The translations under genes and the position numbers were made by a program. From a virus (Duplodnaviria; Caudoviricetes), in the IMG/VR virus record IMGVR_UViG_3300006120_000697, positions 1 to 24,782 of that record: DNA of 24,782 nt. The stretch is one strand, 5' to 3'. Below, in pieces: positions 6,834-16,824 of this stretch. Below the pieces are notes generated by a model, which did no database searches, had not been told where the DNA came from, and saw only the letters and a program-made list of their open reading frames with translations. Within the stretch, counting starts at the first letter, position 1. Every line of letters begins with the position of its first letter.

Positions 6834-9151
6834 AGCTTGCAGGCCTCGCAGTCATCATCTGTGTATATTGTAACAGGTTCGAGATCTAATCTACTAGAAG
6901 TTTGAGTATTCAAAACATTCTTAGATCCGACTTTATCGATCAAACTATAATAAACTGTTTTCAATCCCCACTTGTATGCCAACATCAAATTCTTGGCAAT
7001 CAATGTTCCTGGAACTTTACCGTCCTCAAAATGTTTTGGAGAATAAAATGTATTAGTACTAAGACTTTGATCAATGTATGCGGCAAGCACACAGGCAGTT
7101 TTTAAATATCCAACACAGTCTGTTTGATCCCACATTAATTGATAACGGTTCTTTAGACGTTTGTATTCTGGTACTACCTGTACAAAACTTCCAGCCTTGG
7201 ATTCTTTTACACTAATCATTTCCATTGGCATTTCAATACCATTGGTGGAGTTTAACACAACTGAACTAGACTCAACTGGTGCCACTGCCATTAATGTAGC
7301 GTTGCGAATACCGTATTGTTTCATACGTTCACGCAATGGTTCCCAATCTAAGCTAGGTGTAAAGTCTGTTAAATCATTAACACCTTCGGCTCTACGTTCC
7401 CAAGGAAATACTCCCTTACCGTAGTAAGTATATTCACTACGTGTGCAAGGCCCACGTTCTTGGGCAAGCTCTACACTTGCTTCAGTAAGGTAGTATGCCT
7501 GATGTTCCATCCAACGTTTGACTTCGGCAAGAGAATCTGCATCACCGTATCTATAACTACGACGAGCGTGCCAATAAGCTAGGTTGGTAATACCTACACC
7601 TAATGGTTCAAACTCTTGGTTTGCTAATCGACTTTGTACACTCAAGAAGTCTTGATAGTTTAGTAGATTAGACAAGGATCGTACAAGTACACGACAAGCC
7701 TTTCTCATTTCCTGAGGATTACGGAAGGCGCCCCAGTTTATTGACCCAAGAGTGCAAAGAGCAATTCGTCCCTCTGGATCTTCAATTCTCTGGAAAGGGC
7801 GGGTGGGTAAAAGTATCTCTTGGCATAGATTTGATTGATATATTGGATCTGTTGTTGTATCAAACGGACCTTGATTGATGACGTTGTCGATATTGACAAG
7901 ATATATGCGCCCCGTATCAGTCCTCTCTTTAAGGATTCCATTTTTAAATATCTCATCTGCTGATAAGACTTTCTTTTTAATTGTCGGATGCTTCTCATAG
8001 TTCAAATACAATTGTTCAAATTCTTCGCTATCTCTGTAATATGCTTCGTATAGGTCTGGAACTTCTGCTGGATCAAACAATGTAATATTACCGTTATTTC
8101 TGTAACGATTCCAAAACATCTTGTTTACTACTACAGAGTAATCCATTTGGCGTACACGAGTTTCTTCTGTACCTTGATTATTTTTAAGAATAATGAGATC
8201 TTCAAATTGATAATGCCAAATAGGAAATGTAACTGTACAACTTGCGTTACGGATTCCACCTTGTGAGCAAGATCTTAAATCAGCAAACCATTTCTTTAAA
8301 AAGGGTATCATACCCGTATGTTTGATTTCACCGTTGCGAATTGGGGCACCTAAGGGGCGGATTCGACCTATTTCGAGACCAATTCCTGCTCGTTTTGACG
8401 CATATTTGGCCATCATTTCGCCTGCGGCAAAAATACTATCCAATGTGTCATCGCTGGTAATAAGAACACAACTACTGAATTGTTTGGTAGTGGTACCGAG
8501 ACCTGCAAGCACAGGAGTAGCAAGGGTAAAATGTCCATTTGATGCACATTCATAATACTCTTTGACTAATTTTAATCTGTTCTCTTTGGGTTCATTGTGA
8601 AATGCTGTTGCAGAGGCAATAGCATATCTTACCTGAGGTGTTTCATAAATTTTGTTAGTGGCTCGATTTTGTACAAGATATTTTTCACATAACTGTGCTA
8701 TTGCGGCATATGTGTAGTCTTCGTCTTTGTTGTGATCGATAAACAGATCAATGATGTTCCATTCGTCTTCAGTATACCAATCTAACAACTCAGGAGTGTA
8801 CATTCCTAATTCAACATTCTTTTTAACAATTTCAAATAGTCTAGGAGGATCATAAGAACCATACACTTCTTTTCTTAGCATACTGACACGTTGGCGCCCT
8901 GCAACTATTTGATAGTTAACATTGTTGATCTCTGGATTTTCTGTTTCATCTATTAAATTCACCATCGCTTTGAGTAATAACTCGTCGATAGTTTCTGTGC
9001 TCATTCCGTCGTGGATTTCAATCTGTGCCTTGATTTCAATCATACTAGGACTTACTCCGTCGATACCCCTACAGGCATTTGCTACCTGTCTCTGTATTTT
9101 AGAGATATCGAGAGGAACACGCTCCCCATTGCGTTTGACCACTGTGATCAT
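6830..9151 (-). CDS. nrdA: Ribonucleotide reductase class Ia alpha subunit with N-terminal ATP cone
   Basis: VVKRNG ATP cone, QFSSC, SQGGIR, SNLCQEI, LCTL, KTVYY, C-terminal CEAC; no intron or intein seen. Confidence 0.98.
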   Translation of the reverse strand: MITVVKRNGERVPLDISKIQRQVANACRGIDGVSPSMIEIKAQIEIHDGMSTETIDELLLKAMVNLIDETENPEINNVNYQIVAGRQRVSMLRKEVYGSYDPPRLFEIVKKNVELGMYTPELLDWYTEDEWNIIDLFIDHNKDEDYTYAAIAQLCEKYLVQNRATNKIYETPQVRYAIASATAFHNEPKENRLKLVKEYYECASNGHFTLATPVLAGLGTTTKQFSSCVLITSDDTLDSIFAAGEMMAKYASKRAGIGLEIGRIRPLGAPIRNGEIKHTGMIPFLKKWFADLRSCSQGGIRNASCTVTFPIWHYQFEDLIILKNNQGTEETRVRQMDYSVVVNKMFWNRYRNNGNITLFDPAEVPDLYEAYYRDSEEFEQLYLNYEKHPTIKKKVLSADEIFKNGILKERTDTGRIYLVNIDNVINQGPFDTTTDPIYQSNLCQEILLPTRPFQRIEDPEGRIALCTLGSINWGAFRNPQEMRKACRVLVRSLSNLLNYQDFLSVQSRLANQEFEPLGVGITNLAYWHARRSYRYGDADSLAEVKRWMEHQAYYLTEASVELAQERGPCTRSEYTYYGKGVFPWERRAEGVNDLTDFTPSLDWEPLRERMKQYGIRNATLMAVAPVESSSVVLNSTNGIEMPMEMISVKESKAGSFVQVVPEYKRLKNRYQLMWDQTDCVGYLKTACVLAAYIDQSLSTNTFYSPKHFEDGKVPGTLIAKNLMLAYKWGLKTVYYSLIDKVGSKNVLNTQTSSRLDLEPVTIYTDDDCEACKL

Positions 9152-9191
9152 ATTATTATTTTTTACCTTCTTAAATGTGCGAGAAAGATAT

Positions 9192-9626
9192 TTACCGATG
9201 ACCAGTTAGTTCAATAAGATTTTCGATGGAAAACGAATCTGGTATATCTTTTGCACTAGTTGGGCCATTATCACTGTAGTTAATGACCCACTCATTATTA
9301 ACATATACTATATTATAGTATGCTGTTCGTTTTTTGTCAACTAAAGTTTTAATTTCAATTAAATCATTTTGAAATCGGTTGGTTAACTTCAATGTCCATC
9401 CAATCATTAATGCTTTGGTGAAATCATCATATTTGTTGTCTACAATAATTTCCCAAGGGCTCGGCCAACTTCGTTGATGAAATGGATCTATTTTATTATT
9501 ATAAGGAATAAAAGGAGTGTTTTTCCAAAACTCCCAAGTATCCTTAAGAGGGTTCTCTGATTTTTCTAACTGGGCCCTGAGCTCAGCCCAAGATGATAAT
9601 CTATCATCTATGTTTTTATTAAACAT
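9192..9626 (-). CDS. Hypothetical phage protein
   Basis: 144-aa Trp-rich ORF (WPSPWEII); its stop overlaps TAAATA at 9189-9194. Confidence 0.7.
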   Translation of the reverse strand: MFNKNIDDRLSSWAELRAQLEKSENPLKDTWEFWKNTPFIPYNNKIDPFHQRSWPSPWEIIVDNKYDDFTKALMIGWTLKLTNRFQNDLIEIKTLVDKKRTAYYNIVYVNNEWVINYSDNGPTSAKDIPDSFSIENLIELTGHR

Positions 9627-9629
9627 TCT

Positions 9630-11261
9630 TTACAGTAATATATTTTTTTGATATTCAAATGACAACTGATTTCCGTATTGTGTGTTGTCACATACAAGCA
9701 TAACATATCCCTGGGATACTTTGCTACTATCTATATAGAATGTTGGATCAGATCCAGTAAAATTATTATCATAATTGTAGTCATAATAATCACTAACTGA
9801 CCCAGAATTGTCTGCTCCCACAATATTAAGAATCAATGTTCCTTTTCTTGAATAATGAGTATCATTCATTCTATAAGTTATATTGATCATTTGATCTTTA
9901 CCAACTATGGCAATATTAGTCAATATTGTTATAGTATTGCCTAATATAGTTGCAGTAGTAGTAGCATTGTTGTTAACTGTAGAATTTCCTAAAACTAACG
10001 GATTAAAATAAAATGTAGAATTTATTAATGTACCTGTATTGGCAAATTCATCACGACTAAAATAATTATCATTAAGTTGGCAACCATCTGAATACGTTGT
10101 TATTACAGCAGTAGTGGCTGTAGTGGTTGCATTGTCATTAAAATAAGAACCATTAGCAACTTGATTGAACACATTATTTTCTATAATGTGATTAACTCTG
10201 TTTGAACTAGTACCTACAAAAATTCCTTCTTTGGTAATTCCATAAAAATCATTTCTGCTTATTAAAAAGTTTTTAGGAGAAAAGTTTGCCAATTGTGAAT
10301 CTGCACTTATGTTAATACCTTGATTTAAATTTTTAAATATATTGTTTATAATTTCTGTGTTAATTACGGTACCTGTACTGTTAACACCTAACCCAATACT
10401 TTCAAATTTACAATTTTCAATAGAAATATTTCTAGCCTGCTCAATTCCGCCTATACGTGCACCTCTGATTGAAAGAGCTGTTCCGTTGCTGGCAATTGAT
10501 GAGAAACCTTCGATGGTAAATTTTACATCTTTGATAACAGCATTGTTTACATTATCTAATGATACCAATGATACAGTTGATGATGTTAATGTAAGTGTAT
10601 TTGCATACTCAACTGTCATACCCTGTAATGAAACATATTTTGATTCATTACCGGCAGTATTCATTCCGTTGTTCCAACCCTGTGATGTAGGGAATGAACC
10701 GTCTACAGTATTAAACATATTAGTTGTTGTAGACACAGATATAAGTGTAGTTAAATCAATACCCTCTCCTACTAATGATGCATATGGTGGTAAAGATACA
10801 GTTCCAGAAACAACATATGTTCCAGCAGGAATTACTAACTTACGTTTAGAATCAGTGACTGTTTGATCGTGATATAAATCTTTTACTGCATTATTCAATA
10901 TTGCTGTAATATCTGTTCCGGTATTACCAGGAACTAAACCAAAATCTGTAAGACTTACATAATCATCAAGTTTACCTTGAACTGTGTAAGAAACTGTATG
11001 TGGTAATGTAGTTTGACGATATTGATAGGCAGAATTAACTGTACCTGTATTTTGAGAAGCTATCTTAAAATAGTTAAGATCTGTTTCTGTAAGGATACGG
11101 CTGTTATCATCAGTATTTGCACCTTCGACAATGCGCTTACCTATATACAAGTGTTCAGTATCTTCTGCCCACCCGAATTCTCCTGGGTCTAATTGTGGTA
11201 TACCTGTCTGGAGTTCTTGTCCTCTTCGGACCTGAATTTTTGCTATCTCAATTACAGCCAT
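9630..11261 (-). CDS. Virion structural protein with pectate-lyase-like beta-helix
   Basis: N-terminal IQVRRG...GEFGWAEDTEHLYIG fibre-anchor-type motif; VSLTDFG...DITA...IPAGTY...LVGEG beta-helix start; repeated IxNNxF rungs. Confidence 0.8.
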   Translation of the reverse strand: MAVIEIAKIQVRRGQELQTGIPQLDPGEFGWAEDTEHLYIGKRIVEGANTDDNSRILTETDLNYFKIASQNTGTVNSAYQYRQTTLPHTVSYTVQGKLDDYVSLTDFGLVPGNTGTDITAILNNAVKDLYHDQTVTDSKRKLVIPAGTYVVSGTVSLPPYASLVGEGIDLTTLISVSTTTNMFNTVDGSFPTSQGWNNGMNTAGNESKYVSLQGMTVEYANTLTLTSSTVSLVSLDNVNNAVIKDVKFTIEGFSSIASNGTALSIRGARIGGIEQARNISIENCKFESIGLGVNSTGTVINTEIINNIFKNLNQGINISADSQLANFSPKNFLISRNDFYGITKEGIFVGTSSNRVNHIIENNVFNQVANGSYFNDNATTTATTAVITTYSDGCQLNDNYFSRDEFANTGTLINSTFYFNPLVLGNSTVNNNATTTATILGNTITILTNIAIVGKDQMINITYRMNDTHYSRKGTLILNIVGADNSGSVSDYYDYNYDNNFTGSDPTFYIDSSKVSQGYVMLVCDNTQYGNQLSFEYQKNILL

Positions 11262-11264
11262 TGG

Positions 11265-11289
11265 AAATATCCTCTTTATAGGATATTTA
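11265..11289 (-). promoter_or_regulatory. TAAATA late promoter overlapping a 9-bp SD-occluding hairpin
   Basis: AAATATCCT-ATAAAG-AGGATATTT-CCA-ATG. Confidence 0.75.
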
Positions 11290-11292
11290 TCT

Positions 11293-12021
11293 TTACTGTG
11301 TGAGCAACTGCTTGTACCCTTGTAGGCCTGTTGTATAGTATTCTTCTACTTTTTTCAACCACTGCTCTTGCCAATGGTCAAAGTCAGCAGGCCATAGATC
11401 AAACTGTTGATATTGTAGATCTCGACTACACATAAACACGTGACCTTCTCGAATATCGGTGCCATACACTTCATTATGTGCTAATATATAAGCCACTAAC
11501 TGAATTTTATAATCGTCAACCCATTCTTCTTTTTTAGGTTTATTTGTTTGTTTATAATCACAAACACTTGGATTGCCTTTGTAAACCGCAACTAAATCTG
11601 TGGTACCAGAGTATAGTCCAGGAAAGTATAAACTTTGTTCCATTGCCCACACTTCATCGACATCTTTTAATCCATTTTCAATAATAACACTAGCCATTGC
11701 ATTGGCCTGTACGTGAACTGGATTATTACCAGGTTGACGTTGTTCACCAACTAAGAACCGTTCAAGATTAGAGTGCATAGCTGTACCTACACCTGCGGCT
11801 TCTGTGGTAATTTGCTGTGCTTTTTCCGCACCAACACGTTTCTTCCATTCGTTGAGTGCTGTCATATCTTTGGTAGCACTGAGAATGGTTGTTACACTAG
11901 GAAGGCGCTCACCATCAGGTGTTTGATAAACACGTTTGCGTGTTATTGGATCATTGATTTGTTGGCAATTTTTGTATTGGAAACGCTCTACAAAGGGAGG
12001 TGGGGTATAGGTTATAGTCAT
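11293..12021 (-). CDS. PD-(D/E)XK exonuclease (MGME1/Cas4-like phage nuclease)
   Basis: LPSVTTIL, GTAMH, EQSL, GTTD, DYKQ, QLVAY. Confidence 0.9.
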   Translation of the reverse strand: MTITYTPPPFVERFQYKNCQQINDPITRKRVYQTPDGERLPSVTTILSATKDMTALNEWKKRVGAEKAQQITTEAAGVGTAMHSNLERFLVGEQRQPGNNPVHVQANAMASVIIENGLKDVDEVWAMEQSLYFPGLYSGTTDLVAVYKGNPSVCDYKQTNKPKKEEWVDDYKIQLVAYILAHNEVYGTDIREGHVFMCSRDLQYQQFDLWPADFDHWQEQWLKKVEEYYTTGLQGYKQLLTQ

Positions 12022-12028
12022 AAACTTA

Positions 12029-12057
12029 ATTATAACAACTTAACCTACAAAGGTCAA
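12029..12057 (-). promoter_or_regulatory. Sigma70 promoter with extended -10, giving a probably leaderless exonuclease mRNA
   Basis: TTGACC-17-TATAAT (TGnTATAAT), then 7 nt to ATG with no SD. Confidence 0.8.
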
Positions 12058-12401
12058 ATTTTAGGAGAAAGATTTTTAGCGTTAGCAGAAGCCATTTTAT
12101 CTACACTAGGCCCTGTTGCTTTTTTTGGAGCTACTTGCTGTTCGGGTTTTTTGTTATTGGTGTTAAGGATCAATGTTCCTTTACCGTCATCACTTACATC
12201 AAATACATCACCTTGTGGATCAACTGCATTTTTAAGTGCTATTAATCCGTCAGGAGTTGAAATACCCAAAGCAAACGGTTTTAAAATATTCATTACCGTT
12301 GGGAAGGGCAAACTTGAGGAAGCGTTGTCTTTGTTAGCAAGACCTTGTAAGACAGCCAGGACATCTCTTACACTGCCCTGGTCTACTTCATATAATTTCA
12401 T
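12054..12401 (-). CDS. Hypothetical protein, probably head-associated
   Basis: MKLYE leader; ATGA coupling to the upstream gene. Confidence 0.7.
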   Translation of the reverse strand: MKLYEVDQGSVRDVLAVLQGLANKDNASSSLPFPTVMNILKPFALGISTPDGLIALKNAVDPQGDVFDVSDDGKGTLILNTNNKKPEQQVAPKKATGPSVDKMASANAKNLSPKI

Positions 12402-13840
12402 TTTGCTAGTTTTGAAAGAATACTGTGTTGTTCAGCAAGTCGACGAACACGACGTTGCTCACGGCTTTCGCGCATTTCACGTCCTGTTGTACCTGCACCT
12501 GCGGCAGCATCTGCGGCACCAAACTCGTCGCCAACTTCTGGATTCATTTCATCAGGAGCGGCAGTATGCATTCCTGGTTCCATTCCCATAGGTGCTTCAG
12601 GAGCGGCTTCACCTGCTAATACAGCAACTGCATTGCTGATTGCTTCACGTTGTTGTGTTAACACATCCAATGTAGATGCCAATGATGGACCAACTGCTTG
12701 TTTGAATTGTTCTGCTTCTGCGGCACCAAAGTCAGCTTTGATAGCATCAGCTAATTCGATCATTGTTTTAGTTTGATATTGTCCTACACGTTGCATCCAG
12801 CTTGTGAAATCATTGACGATATCACCTGCGGCTGTAATTGCTTTTGCTTTACCTTCTTCGTCTTCTTGTAACAAAAAGTTGATACTTTCATTTACAAAAC
12901 GAACATTATGACGAAAATTTTCAATGCTTTCTTTGGCACGTAGTTTTGCTAGAACAGCTCCTGCTACACGCTCACCAGCGGCTTTACTACCATAACGCTT
13001 TCCAGCTGTCTTGGCGATCTTTTCAAAACCTTTACCTGGCTTACCAATATCTTTACCAGCACGAGCCTTCTTGGCAGAATAGTCACCAGTGCTTTCCCAC
13101 ATACCCATACACTCGTCGCAACCTTTAGTCATCTTAGTGTGACCATTAGCGCAAGATTTGCTTTCCTTGACTTTCTTTTCTTTTGGTTTATCTTCTGTAC
13201 CGTTATCAAATGTCTTAGCTTTACGAGTATATACAGTACCTGTACCTGTTTCTTTCTTATCAAATTTGCCTGTACCGGTTTTCTCAGCGTGTGCTTTTTT
13301 AGCATCATCTACTGTTGGAAAACCTTCTTTCATTCCGTGTACTGGGCAACTATCTTCACCTTTGGTGGCACAACAACATTTTTTCTTCATTGCCTCTTGG
13401 AATGTCTTTCCAGACTTAGCATCTCTGGCTGCTTTTTTCATTGGCTCAGTCTTGTTACCATCTTTGTCAAGATCTAAAAAGTCTGGCTTAGAGCCTTTGG
13501 CTTTAGCTGTATGCTTAGGTGCACGGACACCTTTCTTGGCCTCACTTAGTTCAACCATTTTGTCTTTTAATTTTTTAATGTCTTCGCCTAGCATTTCTTT
13601 AATCCTTGTGTTGAGCAATTGTAGCATTGCTTGGTCTTTTTGGTACGTTTCGTTTGTTAAAAGATCATTCATCTTAGATGATCCTTCTTGTTGGAAAATA
13701 CGTGTACGTAGTTTATTTCTAAAGTCTTCCAACTGCTCTCGGTTATATTTATCGAGATTAACTTTACCACCGAACTGCTTTTCTAAATTCTCAGCAATAG
13801 TACGGCTTGTTAATTCCTTGTTAAAATCTGTTGTTTTCAT
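12398..13840 (-). CDS. Putative prohead core/scaffold-like protein with Lys-rich inserted modules
   Basis: Helical N- and C-regions, acidic C-tail, many [ILMV]xE sites; TATAAATA at 13865-13872; start ATG 13840 (MKTTDF). Confidence 0.65.
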   Translation of the reverse strand: MKTTDFNKELTSRTIAENLEKQFGGKVNLDKYNREQLEDFRNKLRTRIFQQEGSSKMNDLLTNETYQKDQAMLQLLNTRIKEMLGEDIKKLKDKMVELSEAKKGVRAPKHTAKAKGSKPDFLDLDKDGNKTEPMKKAARDAKSGKTFQEAMKKKCCCATKGEDSCPVHGMKEGFPTVDDAKKAHAEKTGTGKFDKKETGTGTVYTRKAKTFDNGTEDKPKEKKVKESKSCANGHTKMTKGCDECMGMWESTGDYSAKKARAGKDIGKPGKGFEKIAKTAGKRYGSKAAGERVAGAVLAKLRAKESIENFRHNVRFVNESINFLLQEDEEGKAKAITAAGDIVNDFTSWMQRVGQYQTKTMIELADAIKADFGAAEAEQFKQAVGPSLASTLDVLTQQREAISNAVAVLAGEAAPEAPMGMEPGMHTAAPDEMNPEVGDEFGAADAAAGAGTTGREMRESREQRRVRRLAEQHSILSKLAK

Positions 13841-13867
13841 ATCGAGGTCCAAAAATAGATAATGTAT

Positions 13868-14335
13868 TTATAATATTTTTTTAAGTTTATCAAATCGTTT
13901 CATTATGTCTTGTTTGTACAATTCTTTTTTAGCACGATTTAGCACTCGTTTTGACAGCATAATATCAAAATAATCTAGGCTCTTTTTTGCACTACGTTCT
14001 ACGGCTCGCTGATGTAACTGTTCTTCAAATAATGCAAATCCATAATATCTATCTGTTTGCACAAGGTCTTTATCTAAGTATTTTCCTAATGCTAATCCAT
14101 TGGCTAATACTGCCGCTGTATGAGGAAGATTTAATTGATCAACAATAATCTCACCGCTGTGATCTACTATAATATAAAAATTACTGTTTGTTTTTTTAAT
14201 AGTGTATCTGCCTACACTTATTGAACCGTTTTTATTTTTAACGGGTATTACAAGTCCTTTGCTATAAAGATCCTTGCGGACTTGGACTGTGAGTTTTTCT
14301 ATTTTGCTGTAAAGGTCTTCAGTGATTTCTTTCAT
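13868..14335 (-). CDS. Hypothetical protein
   Basis: 155-aa ORF in a tightly packed late cluster. Confidence 0.7.
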   Translation of the reverse strand: MKEITEDLYSKIEKLTVQVRKDLYSKGLVIPVKNKNGSISVGRYTIKKTNSNFYIIVDHSGEIIVDQLNLPHTAAVLANGLALGKYLDKDLVQTDRYYGFALFEEQLHQRAVERSAKKSLDYFDIMLSKRVLNRAKKELYKQDIMKRFDKLKKIL

Positions 14336-14528
14336 CTATATTCTTAACTAATGTTTGGTTATCTTTACTTATAGAATATATACCTTTGCGCACCAAATTC
14401 TGAGCCAACCATTGATTATGCTCGTCGAGTGCTGTTAATCTCACAGAAGATGAATGTCTATCAACAAACTGCTTTTCTTCGTTGGTTAATGCTACACTAA
14501 TACCTGATAATAACTGTGCAATTTTCAT
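14319..14528 (-). CDS. Hypothetical protein
   Basis: 69 aa; ATGA coupling to the upstream gene. Confidence 0.7.
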   Translation of the reverse strand: MKIAQLLSGISVALTNEEKQFVDRHSSSVRLTALDEHNQWLAQNLVRKGIYSISKDNQTLVKNIDERNH

Positions 14529-14968
14529 TTTGGTTGCGTTGCTGTTTGTCCAGCAGTTTGCTGAGCTTGTTGCTGTGTAATTTGGTTTTGTACCCCTAAC
14601 CCTAATGCTTGTTTAAGAGAGTTAGCAGTTTGAGGATTTTTCAAAGCATCTGCTATTGCAGGTAACATACTTTGTAGACTTTTAACTGACATAGGATCTA
14701 TTGTTTGTCCAGGTGCCTGTGTTGCTATAGTCTGTGATAGTTTATCAACATTTATATTTCCGCCACCGGCTTTTTGTAATACTGATTTTATATTGGTGAT
14801 ATTATTTTTAAGTTGTGCGTTTTGTTTAGCCATATCTTGGCTAGATACATTAGTAGGAGTATTTTGAGGTGCAGGAGTATTACCAGTTTTTAGCACACCA
14901 TCTGTTCCTGATGTCATAGAACTAGGCCCAACGGTACCAATTGCTTCAACTAATTCTGAAATTCTCAT
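14525..14968 (-). CDS. Gln-rich hypothetical protein, probable internal head protein
   Basis: MRISELVE leader; low-complexity Q/T/A composition. Confidence 0.7.
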   Translation of the reverse strand: MRISELVEAIGTVGPSSMTSGTDGVLKTGNTPAPQNTPTNVSSQDMAKQNAQLKNNITNIKSVLQKAGGGNINVDKLSQTIATQAPGQTIDPMSVKSLQSMLPAIADALKNPQTANSLKQALGLGVQNQITQQQAQQTAGQTATQPK

Positions 14969-14971
14969 AAT

Positions 14972-15211
14972 TTAATGTGCTTTTGTTAATAAAACTACAA
15001 GTACACTAAGAACACCAGCAACAACTGTGCCTGCTGTACCTACAATGACTTTGATCATACTATTATGACTGTCTTCTATGGTTTTTTGTAATTCGCCGAC
15101 TTTGCCTTCAATGCTGGTTAATCTTTTATCAAGACTATCATAACGTTGTGCACATAAGTCGACGTGAACTTCTAAGTTTGTTTTTTCAATATCTATCGGT
15201 CCGTTGGACAT
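14972..15211 (-). CDS. Coiled-coil protein with C-terminal TM helix
   Basis: Heptads LDKRLTSIEGKVGELQ, then VIVGTAGTVVAGVLSVLVVLL; SD GGAG. Confidence 0.75.
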   Translation of the reverse strand: MSNGPIDIEKTNLEVHVDLCAQRYDSLDKRLTSIEGKVGELQKTIEDSHNSMIKVIVGTAGTVVAGVLSVLVVLLTKAH

Positions 15212-15246
15212 TTATTATCTCCAGTAAAAAATACAGTAGCGATGCC

Positions 15247-15675
15247 TTAGATTGTGCCTGGAAGAACCTTGATGATTGTGTTTTTAGTTTTACTATCTTT
15301 GAGATCAAAAATAGACTTGCTGATATTTATCGTTTCTGTAAGGTTTTTAATCACAGGAACCTCGTGTAAGTCTTCAATCAAAAAACCAACGTCATTGCCT
15401 TCATTGTCTACATAAACACCGTGCCTGTCTGGACTAAAATTAAATGTCCACACAGTTTGTTTACCTTTGTAACTACTTCCAAAACCTAGTCCTTTTATAT
15501 CTACGACATTTACTGAAGGACCTTGATCGTAATAAACTACAGATCTTAATTCAATACACTGAGTCAATGTAATAAAATTTTTATTTTGATTTAATTCTAA
15601 CTGAGAACCTTGTGTAATTCTAGTTACACGAGTATTCGTTATATCGACGAGAGTTTGTATTTCTATAATATCCAT
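15247..15675 (-). CDS. Hypothetical late protein
   Basis: 142 aa; TATAAATA at 15692-15699. Confidence 0.7.
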   Translation of the reverse strand: MDIIEIQTLVDITNTRVTRITQGSQLELNQNKNFITLTQCIELRSVVYYDQGPSVNVVDIKGLGFGSSYKGKQTVWTFNFSPDRHGVYVDNEGNDVGFLIEDLHEVPVIKNLTETINISKSIFDLKDSKTKNTIIKVLPGTI

Positions 15676-15702
15676 AATATACCTATATTATTATTTATAG
15701 AT

Positions 15703-15731
15703 AAAAGAAAAGGGAGTTAAAAAACTCCCTT
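15703..15731 (-). terminator. Rho-independent terminator
   Basis: AAGGGAGTT-TTTT-AACTCCCTT followed by TTCTTTT. Confidence 0.85.
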
Positions 15732-15750
15732 GACTATACTTAATTAAGTA

Positions 15751-16128
15751 TTAAGCTAAAGAACCAGCTGTTAAACCGCTGATATCTGTAACTGTTGTAG
15801 AAACACTAGTAGCTAGTGTAACAACATTGTCAATAGCCGCTGTGATGTCTGTATCAGTGTTTAAACTAACATAAGCATTTGCTGACGGGCCATCAATGAT
15901 AACAACAAATTGATTGTTAGCACGAGTACCAATGTAAACAATACTAGCGATTGTTTCGATAGCACGAATAGCGTTAGAGAAGTTACCTAAAGTAATTGTA
16001 CCGTCTCCAGCAACTGAATCAGCCGCGCCAACGTTTGTACCTGCAATTTTTAAAATAAGTGGTTGATAACCATAAAAACCTGCTGGTGTAGTAACTGTAC
16101 CATTTTTTCTTGAAATACCGTATGCCAT
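15751..16128 (-). CDS. Probable abundant virion structural protein
   Basis: Monocistronic: TATAAATA 16186-16193, SD AAGGAG, own terminator; A/T/G/V-rich. Confidence 0.65.
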   Translation of the reverse strand: MAYGISRKNGTVTTPAGFYGYQPLILKIAGTNVGAADSVAGDGTITLGNFSNAIRAIETIASIVYIGTRANNQFVVIIDGPSANAYVSLNTDTDITAAIDNVVTLATSVSTTVTDISGLTAGSLA

Positions 16129-16202
16129 AATATATTCTCCTTAAATTATATGGACCATTCCGCTCAGGAATGTATTTTGTAAAACTATTTATATAATTCA
16201 AT

Positions 16203-16230
16203 AAAAAAATGGAGATTGCTCTCCCTTTTT
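16203..16230 (-). terminator. Terminator, possibly bidirectional
   Basis: GGAGA-GCAA-TCTCC with T-runs on both strands. Confidence 0.65.
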
Positions 16231-16356
16231 ATTTTTATATAAAATTAAACTAATTAAAATCTTATAGAGATTCTAAAGTGTTCAATTCATATTTTTATAG
16301 ACACTCTCAATAAGGGTGTATTTCATAATATTATTTATATTTTTCTTAATTTATTA

Positions 16357-16656
16357 TTAATCTTCGTCTTTTATATTGCCATCTATGATCCTAAGATTAC
16401 GGCTAACTTCTTTGCTATCTCGCAACTTACGGATGCTACGTATAAATTTGCTAGGATCTCCGCCTTTGATCGAGTTAATCATCCTACGCTCTAATTCATA
16501 GGCCTGCTCTGGTGGGAAATTTTCTTTGATAAGATGTAATAAATTAATAGCACTATCTATAACGTGCGTAGCACGAGCTTCTATGATAGCTTCCCCATTC
16601 TTTTTTTCTGATATAGAATTAAGTTCTTCTAATAGGCTACGGGTTGTTCGTTTCAA
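16357..16656 (-). CDS. Hypothetical helical phage protein
   Basis: Likely start TTG 16656 (MKRTTRSLLEEL; SD AAGGA) downstream of TAAATA 16678-16683. Confidence 0.7.
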   Translation of the reverse strand: MKRTTRSLLEELNSISEKKNGEAIIEARATHVIDSAINLLHLIKENFPPEQAYELERRMINSIKGGDPSKFIRSIRKLRDSKEVSRNLRIIDGNIKDED

Positions 16657-16700
16657 GATAGTATCCTTCTTTTTCAATATTTAGTGGTCCTATGCATATT

Positions 16701-16773
16701 ATTATAACAGTTTTATATGGTAAAAGCAAACTTGCAATATTTTCTCTCAGTGTTTATACTGAGATACTAAATA
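16701..16773. promoter_or_regulatory. Back-to-back divergent promoters
   Basis: Minus: TTGCTT-17-TATAAT (16729-16701, extended -10). Plus: TTGCAA-17-TATACT (16732-16760) and TAAATA 16768-16773. Confidence 0.75.
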
Positions 16774-16824
16774 CAGTTAGTAGAAACCATTAGTTTTTAT
16801 TATTTACATACAGGAAAACACACA

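Noticed and set aside
6902-9217. Short ORFs inside nrdA as possible intron or homing-endonuclease remnants
   Set aside because: nrdA is uninterrupted and of normal length; no LAGLIDADG, HNH, GIY-YIG or intein motifs seen.
11293-12021. CRISPR-associated Cas4 or CRISPR array
   Set aside because: Lacks the four-Cys Fe-S cluster pattern; no other cas genes and no repeat-spacer array seen in the window.
10342-13862. Long antisense ORFs (174, 272 and 234 aa)
   Set aside because: Composition mirrors the codon bias of the sense genes; no expression signals.
14972-15211. Holin
   Set aside because: Single C-terminal TM helix and no endolysin or spanin nearby, so it cannot be supported.
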